Below are positions 1 to 7,803 of a DNA stretch of 32,000 nt, piece by piece; positions within the stretch are counted from its first letter, which is position 1; each line of letters begins with the position of its first letter. The position numbers and the translations under genes are program-made. Below the pieces are notes generated by a model. That model worked only from the letters and a program-made list of their open reading frames with translations, was not told where the DNA came from and searched no databases. Source of the stretch: an uncultured archaeon (lineage in GTDB: Archaea; Iainarchaeota; Iainarchaeia; Iainarchaeales; 0-14-0-20-30-16); contig CAZQQS010000002.1 in assembly GCA_964595665.1 (NCBI GenBank), positions 21,075 through 53,074 on the forward strand. The letters run 5' to 3'.

Positions 1-2
1 GT

Positions 3-389
3 AAAAATACTGGAAGAGCTGTTCAAATTAGAAAAGGACAAACTTTATTATCTATTGTAGTAGATGCGAGTAATATTGCAAAAGTAAAGAAAATTATAGA
101 TACTATAAGATACAAAGTAAATATGGCTTTTGAAGTAAAACAAGGAATACACGAAAACAAAAAATTAACTGGTAGAAAGAAGTGGACTAGAGAAGCAAAA
201 TTACAAAAGTTACAAGAGCCAGTTAAAGAAGAAGCTAAAGATGCTAAAGGTAAAGCTCCTGCTAAAGGTGGAAAGGCAGCACCTGCTGCTAAAGCAGATG
301 CTAAAGCTGCTCCAGCTGCTAAAGGTGGAAAGGCAGCACCTGCTGCTAAGGCAGATGCTAAAGCACCAGCTAAGAAAGGTAAGAAGTGA
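3..389 (+). CDS. rpl10e: Ribosomal protein L10e (uL16), C-terminal part; the 5' end lies outside the window. It carries a long Lys/Ala/Pro-rich C-terminal extension.
   Basis: Frame 3 is open from nt 3, upstream of the Met at 123 in the ORF track. The translation KNTGRAVQIRKGQTLLSIVVDASNIAKVKKIIDTIRYKVNMAFEVKQG resembles the conserved C-terminal half of archaeal L10e. About 70 aa of KA-rich tail follow, ending at TGA 387-389. Confidence 0.8.
   Translation, partial: KNTGRAVQIRKGQTLLSIVVDASNIAKVKKIIDTIRYKVNMAFEVKQGIHENKKLTGRKKWTREAKLQKLQEPVKEEAKDAKGKAPAKGGKAAPAAKADAKAAPAAKGGKAAPAAKADAKAPAKKGKK
261..374. repeat. Tandem direct repeat with a 57-nt period, inside the L10e tail coding region.
   Basis: gctaaaggtggaaaggcagcacctgctgctaaRgcagatgctaaagc occurs at 261 and again at 318. 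About 47 nt are nearly identical with one A/G difference. Each copy encodes AKGGKAAPAAKADAKA. Confidence 0.9.
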
Positions 390-430
390 ATTCACTTCTT
401 TCTTTATCTCTTTTTTTTATTTTTTTATTT
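381..430 (+). terminator. Candidate transcription terminator after rpl10e: a perfect 20-nt palindrome followed by oligo-T tracts.
   Basis: aagaagtgaattcacttctt (381-400) is its own reverse complement and spans the stop codon. It is followed by tctttatctcttttttttatttttttattt. Archaeal termination is known to use oligo-T runs. Confidence 0.4.
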
Positions 431-490
431 ATTGAAATATTTTAACTATTTATTTATAAATCCTAAAGACATTATTTATAAGGGGATATA

Positions 491-766
491 TTGAAAAAAA
501 GCCTTTTAATTTTATTATTAAGTTATTTTGTAAGTGTAAATGCGATAATTGGAAGTATAGAATATAATAATGTAAAATCTTATTTGAAAAGTGTAAATGC
601 TTTAAAAAATAATCCAGAATATATATCTACAATTAGAATTAGTTTAACCAAATTAAAACAAAAATTTTCTTTAAGCAAAATAGAAGAAGAAACATTATTA
701 AAAATTAGAATGAAAAGAAGGGTTTATTCTTCTTTATCTTTTCTTTTACTTGTTCTTACAATATAA
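491..766 (+). CDS. Small hypothetical protein with an N-terminal signal-peptide-like segment and a TTG start.
   Basis: The 91-aa ORF has an N-terminus MKKSLLILLLSYFVSVNA, which looks like a signal peptide. An SD-like aggggat lies 4 nt upstream of the TTG. The 3' end overlaps the convergent rps17e by 43 nt, which lowers confidence. Confidence 0.35.
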   Translation: MKKSLLILLLSYFVSVNAIIGSIEYNNVKSYLKSVNALKNNPEYISTIRISLTKLKQKFSLSKIEEETLLKIRMKRRVYSSLSFLLLVLTI

Positions 767-921
767 CCTGATAATCTATTTCTAGTTTTTTTAGAAATAG
801 GCAATTTCATATCATTAATTGTTTTTTTATTTTTATCAAAATCTTTACCAAACTTTTCTTCACCAAATTCCATCATGAATCCAGCTTTTGTTTTTAATGG
901 CTTTGCTAATGAATTACCCAT
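724..921 (-). CDS. rps17e: Ribosomal protein S17e.
   Basis: The 65-aa protein MGNSLAKPLKTKAGFMMEFGEEKFGKDFDKNKKTINDMKLPISKKTRNRLSGYIVR matches the S17e pattern (MG..., DF..NK..., SKK.RN.IAGY.T). Confidence 0.85.
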   Translation of the reverse strand: MGNSLAKPLKTKAGFMMEFGEEKFGKDFDKNKKTINDMKLPISKKTRNRLSGYIVRTSKRKDKEE

Positions 922-925
922 AATA

Positions 926-1093
926 TCACTTCCTTATTACTTTTAATGGAGTTCTATTCTCTTTAAACTCTTCTTGTGTTAAATCTAAAGTATTTTCTTT
1001 AGAAGTTTTAACATATGCAGTTGCACCATCATTTATTTGTAATGCCCTTGCAGACAATATTCTAGTCTTTTCAAATTTAGTTAATTTAATCAT
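926..1093 (-). CDS. rpoK: DNA-directed RNA polymerase subunit K (Rpo6/RpoK). It is not in the supplied ORF track because it is only 55 aa.
   Basis: My manual translation is MIKLTKFEKTRILSARALQINDGATAYVKTSKENTLDLTQEEFKENRTPLKVIRK*. It contains the conserved RpoK/Rpb6 core (T.FE.ARI.GARALQI..GA) and a C-terminal P..V.R. An SD-like aggtgtgat lies just upstream of the ATG. Confidence 0.85.
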   Translation of the reverse strand: MIKLTKFEKTRILSARALQINDGATAYVKTSKENTLDLTQEEFKENRTPLKVIRK

Positions 1094-1156
1094 AATCACA
1101 CCTAGATTAATATAATTAGTATATATTATTTACATAGAGAGGTTTAAAAATATAAC

Positions 1157-2119
1157 CTATTTCTCAATTACGTTTTCTAATTTATCTTCTAACACATCTC
1201 CATACTTATCCAAGAACTTTTCTAATTTAGTTTTCTCAGCACCTTTAGGAGCTACTTTTCCAGCCAAAATCTCAGCTAATCGAGAAAATTCCATAGGAAA
1301 GATAATTTTTGTAGAAGCGCCTTTAGACATCTCTTCCAAAGCTTTTATGTAGTAATAACTTATAGACTTATCCCCTAATTGAGATGCAGATTCATTTATT
1401 GCAGAAATCTTTGCTTTCTCAGCTTCAGCGATTTGAACTATAGCCAATCTTTCTTGTTCAGCAGCTTTTTGTTTATGCATGGCATCAATTACAATATCTG
1501 GAACAATAATCTCCTTTAATTCAACACTATCTACATTAATTCCCCATTCAGAAGTTATTTTTGCCAATTCTTTTAATAATCTTACATTCAAGTCATTAAT
1601 ATTACTTATAACCTCGGATAACTCCATGTTACCAATAACCTCTCTCACACTTGATTTAACAAATAATTGTGAAGCTTTTTTATAATCTTCAACATTTAAA
1701 ACAGAATTTGCAACACTCTTTGGATCTTTTTTAACAGACAAAAATATAATTGCATCAACTTTTATTGCAACATTATCTCTAGTTATTACTTCTTGTTTTG
1801 CAACATCAATTGTTTGGACCCTTAAATCAACTTTAGTATAATTTTCTAATCCAGGTATAATTAATGCCCAACCAGGTCCAGAAATCCTATGTATTTTACC
1901 AAATCTTAAAATTACTGCTCGTTCGTATTCTTGTAAGAATAATACTAAACCCGATTTAAAAAAAATAGCAATTAATGTTATCAAAACAATTATGCCTAAA
2001 AATATAGTTTTAATCATTAATGGCAAAGATAAAAACATATCTAACAAAAAATAAGTTAATAACAAAACAGAAATCAAAATAAATATTAAAAAGAATTGTC
2101 TCTTTGTAGCATTATCCAT
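1157..2119 (-). CDS. SPFH/band-7 (stomatin/prohibitin-like) membrane protein.
   Basis: N-terminal TM helices are followed by EYERAVILRFGKIHRISGPGWALIIPGLENYTKVDLRVQTIDVAKQEVITRDNVAIKVDAIIF, a typical stomatin SPFH core, and then a coiled-coil region (QKAAEQERLAIVQIAEAEKAK). Confidence 0.85.
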   Translation of the reverse strand: MDNATKRQFFLIFILISVLLLTYFLLDMFLSLPLMIKTIFLGIIVLITLIAIFFKSGLVLFLQEYERAVILRFGKIHRISGPGWALIIPGLENYTKVDLRVQTIDVAKQEVITRDNVAIKVDAIIFLSVKKDPKSVANSVLNVEDYKKASQLFVKSSVREVIGNMELSEVISNINDLNVRLLKELAKITSEWGINVDSVELKEIIVPDIVIDAMHKQKAAEQERLAIVQIAEAEKAKISAINESASQLGDKSISYYYIKALEEMSKGASTKIIFPMEFSRLAEILAGKVAPKGAEKTKLEKFLDKYGDVLEDKLENVIEK

Positions 2120-2120
2120 A

Positions 2121-3983
2121 TCATTTCCCCAACCTTAATTCTTTTTTTAGTTTTTCTAGTAAAGTCTTTTTAGTTTTTCCATTTACTAAAACCTCTTTTA
2201 ATACATCGTACAAATTACTCGCAGGAATTATTTTAATCAATTTTCTTTCTGAATCTAATAAAACAACATCATCAATATTTGCTTTTGGCAAAATAACTTT
2301 TTTAAATCCAGCTTTAATTGCAGCTCTTACTTTAGCAGTTGCACCACCAATAGGTAATACTTCCCCTTTAACACTTAAAGAACCAGTCATAGCTATTGTT
2401 TGGTCTGCAGGTATATTCATAATAGACGAAACTACCGCACTAGTAATTGAAACAGATGCGCTATCTCCTTCTACTCCAGAATATGTTTGTAAAAATTGTA
2501 TATGAACATCATAATTTGATAAATCTTTATTCGAGATTTTTTTAATTAATGCAGAAATATTTAATACTGCTTCTTTTGCAATATCCCCTAATTTTCCAGT
2601 TGCAATAATTTTACCTTCTGTTTTAGATTGTGTTGGAGCAATTTCTGCCTCAATAGGAATTATAGTTCCAGTTTGCATATCACTTAATACAGCTAAACCA
2701 TTTATCTTACCTATTTTTTTACCAGTTGTTTCAAATACCTCATAATTTTTAGTTTGTTCAATATATTTCTCAATCATTTGTTCTTCCAAAGTTCCAGATA
2801 ATATTTTTGCATCTAAAACATCTTTGGCATCAACTAAATTTTTTCCTCTTTCTAAACACAAATCACCAGCAGCTCTTATTAAACCACCCAATTCTCTTAA
2901 TTTTAAAGTCAATTTATTTTTTGCAGAAGCCCTTCTTCTTGCTTCAAAAATAATTACATCTACAGCTTCTTTTGTGAAATGAGGAATTTTACCATCCATT
3001 TTAATTTCTTGGGCTACAAATTGAACTAATTTATCTCTATTTTCTTTTGTGTCTTCCATATCTTTATTCATAAAAACTTCATAACCATAACCTCTAATTC
3101 GAGATCTCAAAGCTGGGTGAACGTGTTTTAATGCCTCATAATTTCCAGCAGCAATCAAAACAAAATTACAAGGAACTGGTTTTGTTCTAACCATTGCACC
3201 AGAACTCAATTCACTTTGCCCAGTAATAGCCATTTTCTTTTCTTGCATAGCAGTTAAAATATCTTGTTGTGAACTTGGACTTAAAGTAGCAATTTCATCT
3301 ATAAATAAAACACCTTTATCTGCTTTATGAATCATACCCGGCATAATTCGTAAATGTGCAGGAGTTCCTAATCCTCCAGATTGTAAAGGATCATGTTTTA
3401 CATCCCCAAATAATGCTCCAGCTTTTGCACCAGTAGCATCAACAAAAGGAGCTGTTTTTTTACCATCATTATCAATTAATATTTTTGGCACTTTGATTTT
3501 ACCTTTAACACTCATTTGAGAAGATAATGCCAATCCTACAATAATAAATGTTCCAACTAATAAACTCGCAGCAAAAATAATATCTGAAATATAGCCTAAA
3601 CGCCAAAATATTAATGCTAAAATAAACCATCCTAAAGGAATTAAAAAAGAAATTATTTTGAATGAATCTTTAGTACTTTTTTCTTCTAATTTTATAGCTT
3701 GTACTAATTTTTTTCCATCTCCAGAATTCGCAACATGAATTATTGGTTCATTAGAATCTAAAGGATTAGGATAAGATAAAATATCATTTAATTTATCTAT
3801 AGGCATAATATCTGCCATAGCTTTAGCTAACATTGATTTTCCAGTTCCGGGTTCTCCAACTAATAAAACATTTCTTCTTTGTTTTGCAGCTTTTGCAATT
3901 ATTTTTACACCTTGTTCCTGGCCTATTACTTGATCAATTAACTTCTCTGATACTTTTATTTCTGCAGTAGTTTTATAATCCAT
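2121..3983 (-). CDS. lonB: Archaeal membrane-bound ATP-dependent Lon protease (LonB type).
   Basis: It has Walker A (GEPGTGKS) and Walker B (GVLFIDEI), with two TM helices inserted in the AAA+ module ([18 protein letters not shown]..., [14 protein letters not shown]). The C-terminal Lon protease domain has a Ser-Lys dyad context ([28 protein letters not shown]). Confidence 0.9.
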   Translation of the reverse strand: MDYKTTAEIKVSEKLIDQVIGQEQGVKIIAKAAKQRRNVLLVGEPGTGKSMLAKAMADIMPIDKLNDILSYPNPLDSNEPIIHVANSGDGKKLVQAIKLEEKSTKDSFKIISFLIPLGWFILALIFWRLGYISDIIFAASLLVGTFIIVGLALSSQMSVKGKIKVPKILIDNDGKKTAPFVDATGAKAGALFGDVKHDPLQSGGLGTPAHLRIMPGMIHKADKGVLFIDEIATLSPSSQQDILTAMQEKKMAITGQSELSSGAMVRTKPVPCNFVLIAAGNYEALKHVHPALRSRIRGYGYEVFMNKDMEDTKENRDKLVQFVAQEIKMDGKIPHFTKEAVDVIIFEARRRASAKNKLTLKLRELGGLIRAAGDLCLERGKNLVDAKDVLDAKILSGTLEEQMIEKYIEQTKNYEVFETTGKKIGKINGLAVLSDMQTGTIIPIEAEIAPTQSKTEGKIIATGKLGDIAKEAVLNISALIKKISNKDLSNYDVHIQFLQTYSGVEGDSASVSITSAVVSSIMNIPADQTIAMTGSLSVKGEVLPIGGATAKVRAAIKAGFKKVILPKANIDDVVLLDSERKLIKIIPASNLYDVLKEVLVNGKTKKTLLEKLKKELRLGK

Positions 3984-4037
3984 AATATCCCATAATTAGC
4001 TATATATATTTATATATAAGTGAATATATAAATGTTT

Positions 4038-4631
4038 CTAATAAGAAGAAAATAGAATCTCACATTTTTCCATTTTTTTATAAAATTCGTAATCTTGTGT
4101 TTGTTCTTTACTATAAAATATTGCTAAATCTAAACCTTCCCAAGCAAAAAACCAACCCGCTGGTTCCATAACTATTAATAAAAACGCTAAAAAATAACTT
4201 GTATTTCCATAATTTACTAATAAATAAGTTGCCATAAATAATAAACAAACTCCAATAACTATAAATGAAATTCCTTTTTTAATTATTTTTTTTCGCTCTT
4301 TTTTTTGCATACGATAATGCTTTACAAAGTGCTCATGCAACCTTTTCGTTATTATTTCTTCTTCTTCCGAATCTCTTAATTTTTCATCAATTAATAAATT
4401 CAAATGATAATTATCTAATACAGTATATCTTAAAGCTCGTTTAGATTCTTCCAAAAAATCTTGAGATAGTGCTCTTTGAGAATTTGGCCTAGGATCAAAA
4501 TCAGAAAATACATCGTCATAAGAATCTAACCACAAACTAATTTCTGATTTTTTTAATAATTCAGTTCTTTGCTTTTCAAAATTGGTCTGAATATTTTGTC
4601 TATTTAATAAAGTTTGATTCTTAATAACCAT
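4038..4631 (-). CDS. Hypothetical membrane protein with an acidic soluble N-domain and two C-terminal TM helices.
   Basis: The 197-aa ORF fills the gap between neighbouring genes. It contains a distinctive motif, LWLDSYDDVFSDFDPRPNSQRALSQDFLEE, and TM segments ISFIVIGVCLLFMATYLLV and YFLAFLLIVMEPAGWFFAW. I recognise no family. Confidence 0.55.
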   Translation of the reverse strand: MVIKNQTLLNRQNIQTNFEKQRTELLKKSEISLWLDSYDDVFSDFDPRPNSQRALSQDFLEESKRALRYTVLDNYHLNLLIDEKLRDSEEEEIITKRLHEHFVKHYRMQKKERKKIIKKGISFIVIGVCLLFMATYLLVNYGNTSYFLAFLLIVMEPAGWFFAWEGLDLAIFYSKEQTQDYEFYKKMEKCEILFSSY

Positions 4632-4678
4632 AATAAAAATACAATAACATTAATATATATCTTTCTTTTTAATATTTT

Positions 4679-5851
4679 GTGCTTTATTTTATTGCTTTTG
4701 GCACTTTATTAGGATTGATTTTTGGTATTATTTCTGGATTAATCCCAGGCCTACATATTAATTCAATAATTTATTTAATTTCAGAATTACCTTTAAATTT
4801 AGAAATAAATGCTATAACAATAATTATTTCTTCAATTATCTTTAGTTTCTTAAGTATTTTACCATCAACAATATTGTCTATTCCAAATAATGATAATTTT
4901 ATTGCTGTTTTACCTGCACAAAAAATGTATTTAAAAGGTAAGGGTTTTGAAGCAATAATGCTTTATTTAAAAGGTGCAAAATATTCTTTAATTTATGGTT
5001 TGCCAGTAATCATTTTATTTTTAGTTTTATTACCTTATTTGCCAAACTCTTTAAAAATTATAACTCCAATAATATTAATTTTAAGCATAATTTTTTTATT
5101 TTTTAACACAAAAAATCATTTTGGATATTTGATAATAATTTTTGCGGGATTGATTGGATATTTATCTATGAATTATTTTACTTTGCAAAATCCTTTGTTA
5201 CCATTAATCTCTGGATTATTTGGATTCAGTTCATTAATATTTATTCTAAAAGAAAATGTATTGTATATAAAACAAAAAATAACTTTTCCGAATATTTCAA
5301 AATATACAAAAATAAAAATTGGAATAATTGCTCCGAGTTTATCAATAATAGTATCATTATTTCCCGGATTAGGAAATGGTTTTGCAACTTATTTTGGTTC
5401 AAAAATTTCTAATTTAAAAGATGAAGAATATATAATTTTAAATGGAGGAATTTCAACATTGGTAATGGTTTTATCTTTTTTTGTAGTTTATGTTTTAAAC
5501 AAATCAAGAACTGCATCAGCAGTATTCTTCAAAGATTTTGCTCAAAACACAATAATTTATAATTATTATTTAATAATTGGACTAATTATTTTAAGCTGTT
5601 TATTTGGTTATTTTATTACAAAAATTTTGGCTGAAAAAATCTTGTTGCGCACCACAAAAATAAATACTAAAAAAATTAGTTATTTTTTAATTGTTTTTTT
5701 GCACATATTAGTATTAATATTTTCAGGATATATTGGAATATTAGTTTTTTGGATTTCAAGCTTAATTGGTTACCTATGCATAATATCTAAAAATCCCAGA
5801 ATATTATTGTTATCTTGTATAATTATTCCTGTATTGATTTACTTTATTTAA
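4679..5851 (+). CDS. Polytopic integral membrane protein, possibly TctA/DUF112-family (COG1784-like).
   Basis: The 390-aa protein is almost entirely hydrophobic helices. N-terminal GIISGLIPGLH resembles the TctA-family G..PG motif. The GTG start is uncertain because I saw no SD. Confidence 0.45.
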   Translation: MLYFIAFGTLLGLIFGIISGLIPGLHINSIIYLISELPLNLEINAITIIISSIIFSFLSILPSTILSIPNNDNFIAVLPAQKMYLKGKGFEAIMLYLKGAKYSLIYGLPVIILFLVLLPYLPNSLKIITPIILILSIIFLFFNTKNHFGYLIIIFAGLIGYLSMNYFTLQNPLLPLISGLFGFSSLIFILKENVLYIKQKITFPNISKYTKIKIGIIAPSLSIIVSLFPGLGNGFATYFGSKISNLKDEEYIILNGGISTLVMVLSFFVVYVLNKSRTASAVFFKDFAQNTIIYNYYLIIGLIILSCLFGYFITKILAEKILLRTTKINTKKISYFLIVFLHILVLIFSGYIGILVFWISSLIGYLCIISKNPRILLLSCIIIPVLIYFI

Positions 5852-5888
5852 TAGAAATGTATTTTAATACTTTGTGATATAATTAAAT

Positions 5889-6203
5889 ATGGACTCAGAA
5901 TCAAAAAAGAACTTTATTATATTTTTGCAAAAAAATCCTAAATTATTCTCTATTGCAAAATCAGAATTGTGCATTTCGTTATTGCGATTCTTACAAGAAA
6001 GGGGTTTGTCTGTAAATGATTTTAAAGATACTGAATTTGGTTATTTGAAAAATGAAGACTTAAAAACATTATTAGAGTTGTTATATGATTTAAGACTTTT
6101 AGAAAAACATCAAATAATTGGAAAAGAAATTTATTACACAAATAACAATACAAACGATTTTTTAGAAGTATATGATTCAACAAAAAAACAATATGATTTG
6201 TGA
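5889..6203 (+). CDS. Hypothetical small protein, possibly with a winged-helix-like fold.
   Basis: The 104-aa ORF ends in the short gap before the taw3 start (the track's alternative GTG at 6200 would overlap it) and is on the same strand as its neighbours. There is no recognisable motif, so the fold suggestion is weak. Confidence 0.45.
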   Translation: MDSESKKNFIIFLQKNPKLFSIAKSELCISLLRFLQERGLSVNDFKDTEFGYLKNEDLKTLLELLYDLRLLEKHQIIGKEIYYTNNNTNDFLEVYDSTKKQYDL

Positions 6204-6208
6204 TATTT

Positions 6209-6811
6209 ATGGTTAAAGAAACTTTAGAAGATGTAAGATTTAAAATGAGCAAAGGAAGTACAATGAAGAAAATGTATGCTGCTATAGAAAATAAATATGT
6301 TGATGAAATGTTAGTTCCTTTTTTAAAAAAATTCAATAAAAAAGAAAACTATTTTACTACATCTTCATGTTGCGGAAGAATAATGTTATTGGGTTCAGAT
6401 GAAGAAGAAACAAAAAAACCCCAAATGTTTGTTGGAAAATGGCACAGAACTGTAAAATTTAATGAGCTTTATGCTATATTAGAAAAAGAAACAAAACATA
6501 AAGAAATTTGGTTAAAACAAGAATCATTTATATTCCACATAGTTGCAAAAAATTTAGATTGTGCTAAAAAGATATTAGATTTAAAAGCAAATTATGGTAT
6601 ACGAAGAGGGGGAATATTTATTGTTGAAGATGGACGATATATTGTAGAATTAATTGGCTCTAATAATATAAGTATGCCTGTAAAATTTGATAATAAAATC
6701 TTACTAAACAAAAAACAATTAAAAATAATTGTAAAAAAAGCTAATTTAAAATTAACTAAAAACTATAAAATTTTAAAAGAATTATTTAAAATATTTATGA
6801 AGGAATTATAA
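6209..6811 (+). CDS. taw3: tRNA wybutosine/wyosine-synthesizing protein 3 homolog (Taw3/TYW3 methyltransferase).
   Basis: It contains the TYW3 signature FTTSSCCGRI (family consensus S-S-C-S/C-G-R-I) and has the typical size of about 200 aa. I prefer the ATG at 6209 because ttgtgat lies 4 nt upstream, rather than the track's GTG at 6200. Confidence 0.7.
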   Translation: MVKETLEDVRFKMSKGSTMKKMYAAIENKYVDEMLVPFLKKFNKKENYFTTSSCCGRIMLLGSDEEETKKPQMFVGKWHRTVKFNELYAILEKETKHKEIWLKQESFIFHIVAKNLDCAKKILDLKANYGIRRGGIFIVEDGRYIVELIGSNNISMPVKFDNKILLNKKQLKIIVKKANLKLTKNYKILKELFKIFMKEL

Positions 6812-7753
6812 TCTTAAATTTCTAGTTATTTTTGCCATTCGTCTTTTTCTTTGTCCTTTTTTGCCAGAATTATATTTTAATGTTGGTTTTCCATTTTCCG
6901 AAGATCCAATTATTTTATCTCCTGTACGTTTTAAAAGTCTTTGCGTTGCAAAAGTTTTTACTGAAGGAATACCATATTCTGATAAAATTATTAAATCTTG
7001 AATTGTTAAATCGGGCCTTTTTTCTACAGCATTTAAATTACCATATCCAAAATTCTTAGAAGTACAAAATCTTAAAAATTCTTGTTTAGAAGCAAATTTT
7101 GGATTTGAATATAATATATTAATTAATGCATCTTTTATAAAGATATTTGGTGCGTCTTTTATTGCCTCAAATATTTCTCCATATGTAAAATCAGATCTAT
7201 TAGCTATTGCATAAATCGCACCAAAAGATATTTCTTGTTTAGGATTGAGAATTAAATCAAAAAGACTTTTCTTAGAAAAATCTGATTTTGATCCTAATAA
7301 AATTGTGGCATTTCCTAAAATTAAAGGATCAATTTCTTTTTGTAAGATTCTTAAAAAAAATGATTTTGGTAATTCAGGAATTAAAATCTTTTTAGTATAT
7401 ATATTCTCTAACCTAAAATAAATTCTTTCAAATTCTGAAAATTTATTTTGCTTTAAAATTTCTTTTAACAATCTAGAAAATGCATTTTTAACTGTATCTT
7501 TATATATACAAAATCCTCTTTTTTCAAAAGCTAAGGCTAAATTAGCATATAATTTTAATGGATCTTTAATGTGTATTAAACCATTTAATATTACACTTGT
7601 AGCTTCAATTAATTCATACCTGTATTTAACATCAGTTTTATTTTTTGGATCTAAAGCCAAAGATTCTAAAACAATATTTATTGTTTCTTCTACAGTTTTG
7701 CCTTTTGGCAATTCTTTTTCTAAAATATAATTCTCTAAAAAAGTTAAAGTCAT
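6806..7753 (-). CDS. Hypothetical protein predicted to be all-alpha or helical-repeat, with a strongly basic C-terminal tail.
   Basis: The 315-aa ORF fills its interval. There are no catalytic motifs. The C-terminus is SGKKGQRKRRMAKITRNLRL. It overlaps the convergent taw3 by 6 nt. Confidence 0.55.
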   Translation of the reverse strand: MTLTFLENYILEKELPKGKTVEETINIVLESLALDPKNKTDVKYRYELIEATSVILNGLIHIKDPLKLYANLALAFEKRGFCIYKDTVKNAFSRLLKEILKQNKFSEFERIYFRLENIYTKKILIPELPKSFFLRILQKEIDPLILGNATILLGSKSDFSKKSLFDLILNPKQEISFGAIYAIANRSDFTYGEIFEAIKDAPNIFIKDALINILYSNPKFASKQEFLRFCTSKNFGYGNLNAVEKRPDLTIQDLIILSEYGIPSVKTFATQRLLKRTGDKIIGSSENGKPTLKYNSGKKGQRKRRMAKITRNLRL

Positions 7754-7803
7754 AATAATATTGTATTATAAAAATTTAAAAAGAGATTTAGCAAAAGCTA
7801 AAT

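Noticed and set aside
210-435. ORFs 210-395 (-) and 241-435 (+) overlap the L10e tail.
   Set aside because: They are alternative-frame readings of the GC-richer KA-repeat region. The L10e frame is continuous with a recognisable ribosomal protein core, so these are artefacts.
6022-7059. ORFs 6022-6336 (-) and 6832-7059 (+).
   Set aside because: They lie antisense to the 104-aa/taw3 genes and to the 315-aa gene respectively. The sequences look hydrophobic and low-complexity, and there are no start signals.
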